From Asterias rubens (Eukaryota), in assembly GCF_902459465.1 (NCBI RefSeq), contig NC_047079.1, positions 6,572,001 to 6,636,000 of the forward strand: a stretch of 64,000 nt of DNA. The letters are read 5' to 3'. A program made the translations under genes and the position numbers. Below the pieces are notes generated by a model, which had not been told where the DNA came from, made no database searches, and saw only the letters and a program-made list of their open reading frames with translations. How positions within the stretch are numbered: position 1 is the first letter of the stretch; the number at the start of each line of letters is the position of its first letter. Of the stretch, positions 63,243 to 64,000 are shown piece after piece.

Positions 63243-63638
63243 CTGGAAGACCGAAAAGAAAGACGGTAAGGTCAATGTGCATTGGCACAACTTTATACAT
63301 TAGCTGATGCAGTACCACTCCAAGCCATGTCCGTGCATCCATGATTCTGCGTGGATGGCGCAGTTACGCCCTCTATCGTCCTATAATAATCCTCCCGTCA
63401 TTTGTGCCCTCAAAGTCGGTATTGAGACCCTGTCTATATAGAAACCCTCCATTGGATAGAGGCAAAACCCTCTCACGGACTTTAATAAGTTTGGTTTACC
63501 TGTTTCAGTTATAAGAAATTGTTCTTTGGATATGCAGTGTGAGTATCCTAGATACTTTTATTCATTTAAAATGAACTGCAGATTTCACTGTTTGCTTCTA
63601 AGGCAGAGCATCAGAGCCCCAGAATTTGAAATACTCAC

Positions 63639-63769
63639 TTTGGTTGACGAGCATGGATATCTGTAGAGTGACAGGCAGCCAAGATTATCCCCAGTTGCAA
63701 GCAGGCTGCCCGTTCTCGAACGGTCCACTGTGTTCACATCAACACCGCTTTCCCTTGCTGGCCAAATTC
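63639..63769 (-). CDS. EML/EMAP-family microtubule-associated WD40 protein, penultimate exon (GIWPARESGVDVNTVDRSRTGSLLATGDNLGCLSLYRYPCSSTK)
   Basis: Resembles the EML C-terminus pattern GVWP..DGTDIN.V.R....LL.TGDDFG.V.LF.YPC; ttAG acceptor, GTGAGT donor; 131 nt ending in phase 0. Paralogue not assignable by eye. Confidence 0.88.
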
Positions 63770-64000
63770 CTAATTAGGATATAACATCAAACGGACGGTT
63801 CAATACTTCTGCTATCTAAACTGCAAATTACCAGGTAAATCCATTGTGTTTGGGTATGTGCGAAAAAGGGAATTAACCTGGTGAGTCTGCTGCCACCTAG
63901 CGTTCGAAAGTTTCCAATTGCTTACCTAAGACCGAATAGCCTAGAGTACACGTCTGTGTCTGCCAAGCTACGTTCCGAACGGAGTCAGCTTTTTGTTTCT

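Overview
Animal (eukaryotic) genomic DNA, not prokaryotic. An echinoderm, probably a sea star, is my inference from the Hes sequence and repeat style; it is not verified. Two spliced genes are supported, both on the minus strand. The first is a complete four-exon Hes/hairy bHLH-Orange-WRPW repressor (CDS exons 43347-43312, 42540-42445, 40522-40435, 39216-38126; about 436 aa). The second is the last two coding exons of an EML/EMAP-family WD40 gene (63769-63639, 63242-63093). The rest is a gene-poor region with many CSL/Su(H), POU, Sox-Oct and E-box motifs and many non-autonomous transposons: TTAA/Kolobok-type MITEs, Harbinger-like palindromic MITEs, tRNA-derived SINEs, Penelope-like end fragments and minisatellites. 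There is one 150-N assembly gap. Two signals stand out. (1) At least nine very short (8-29 bp) inserts begin CAT(A/G)GAG and are flanked by 7-8 bp target-site duplications. They resemble excision scars of a P-element-like transposon family, and one has an empty paralogous site in the window as a control. (2) Five minimal hammerhead-ribozyme-like motifs from three Penelope-like families. Nearly all short ORFs in the supplied track look spurious. All coordinates were read by hand.
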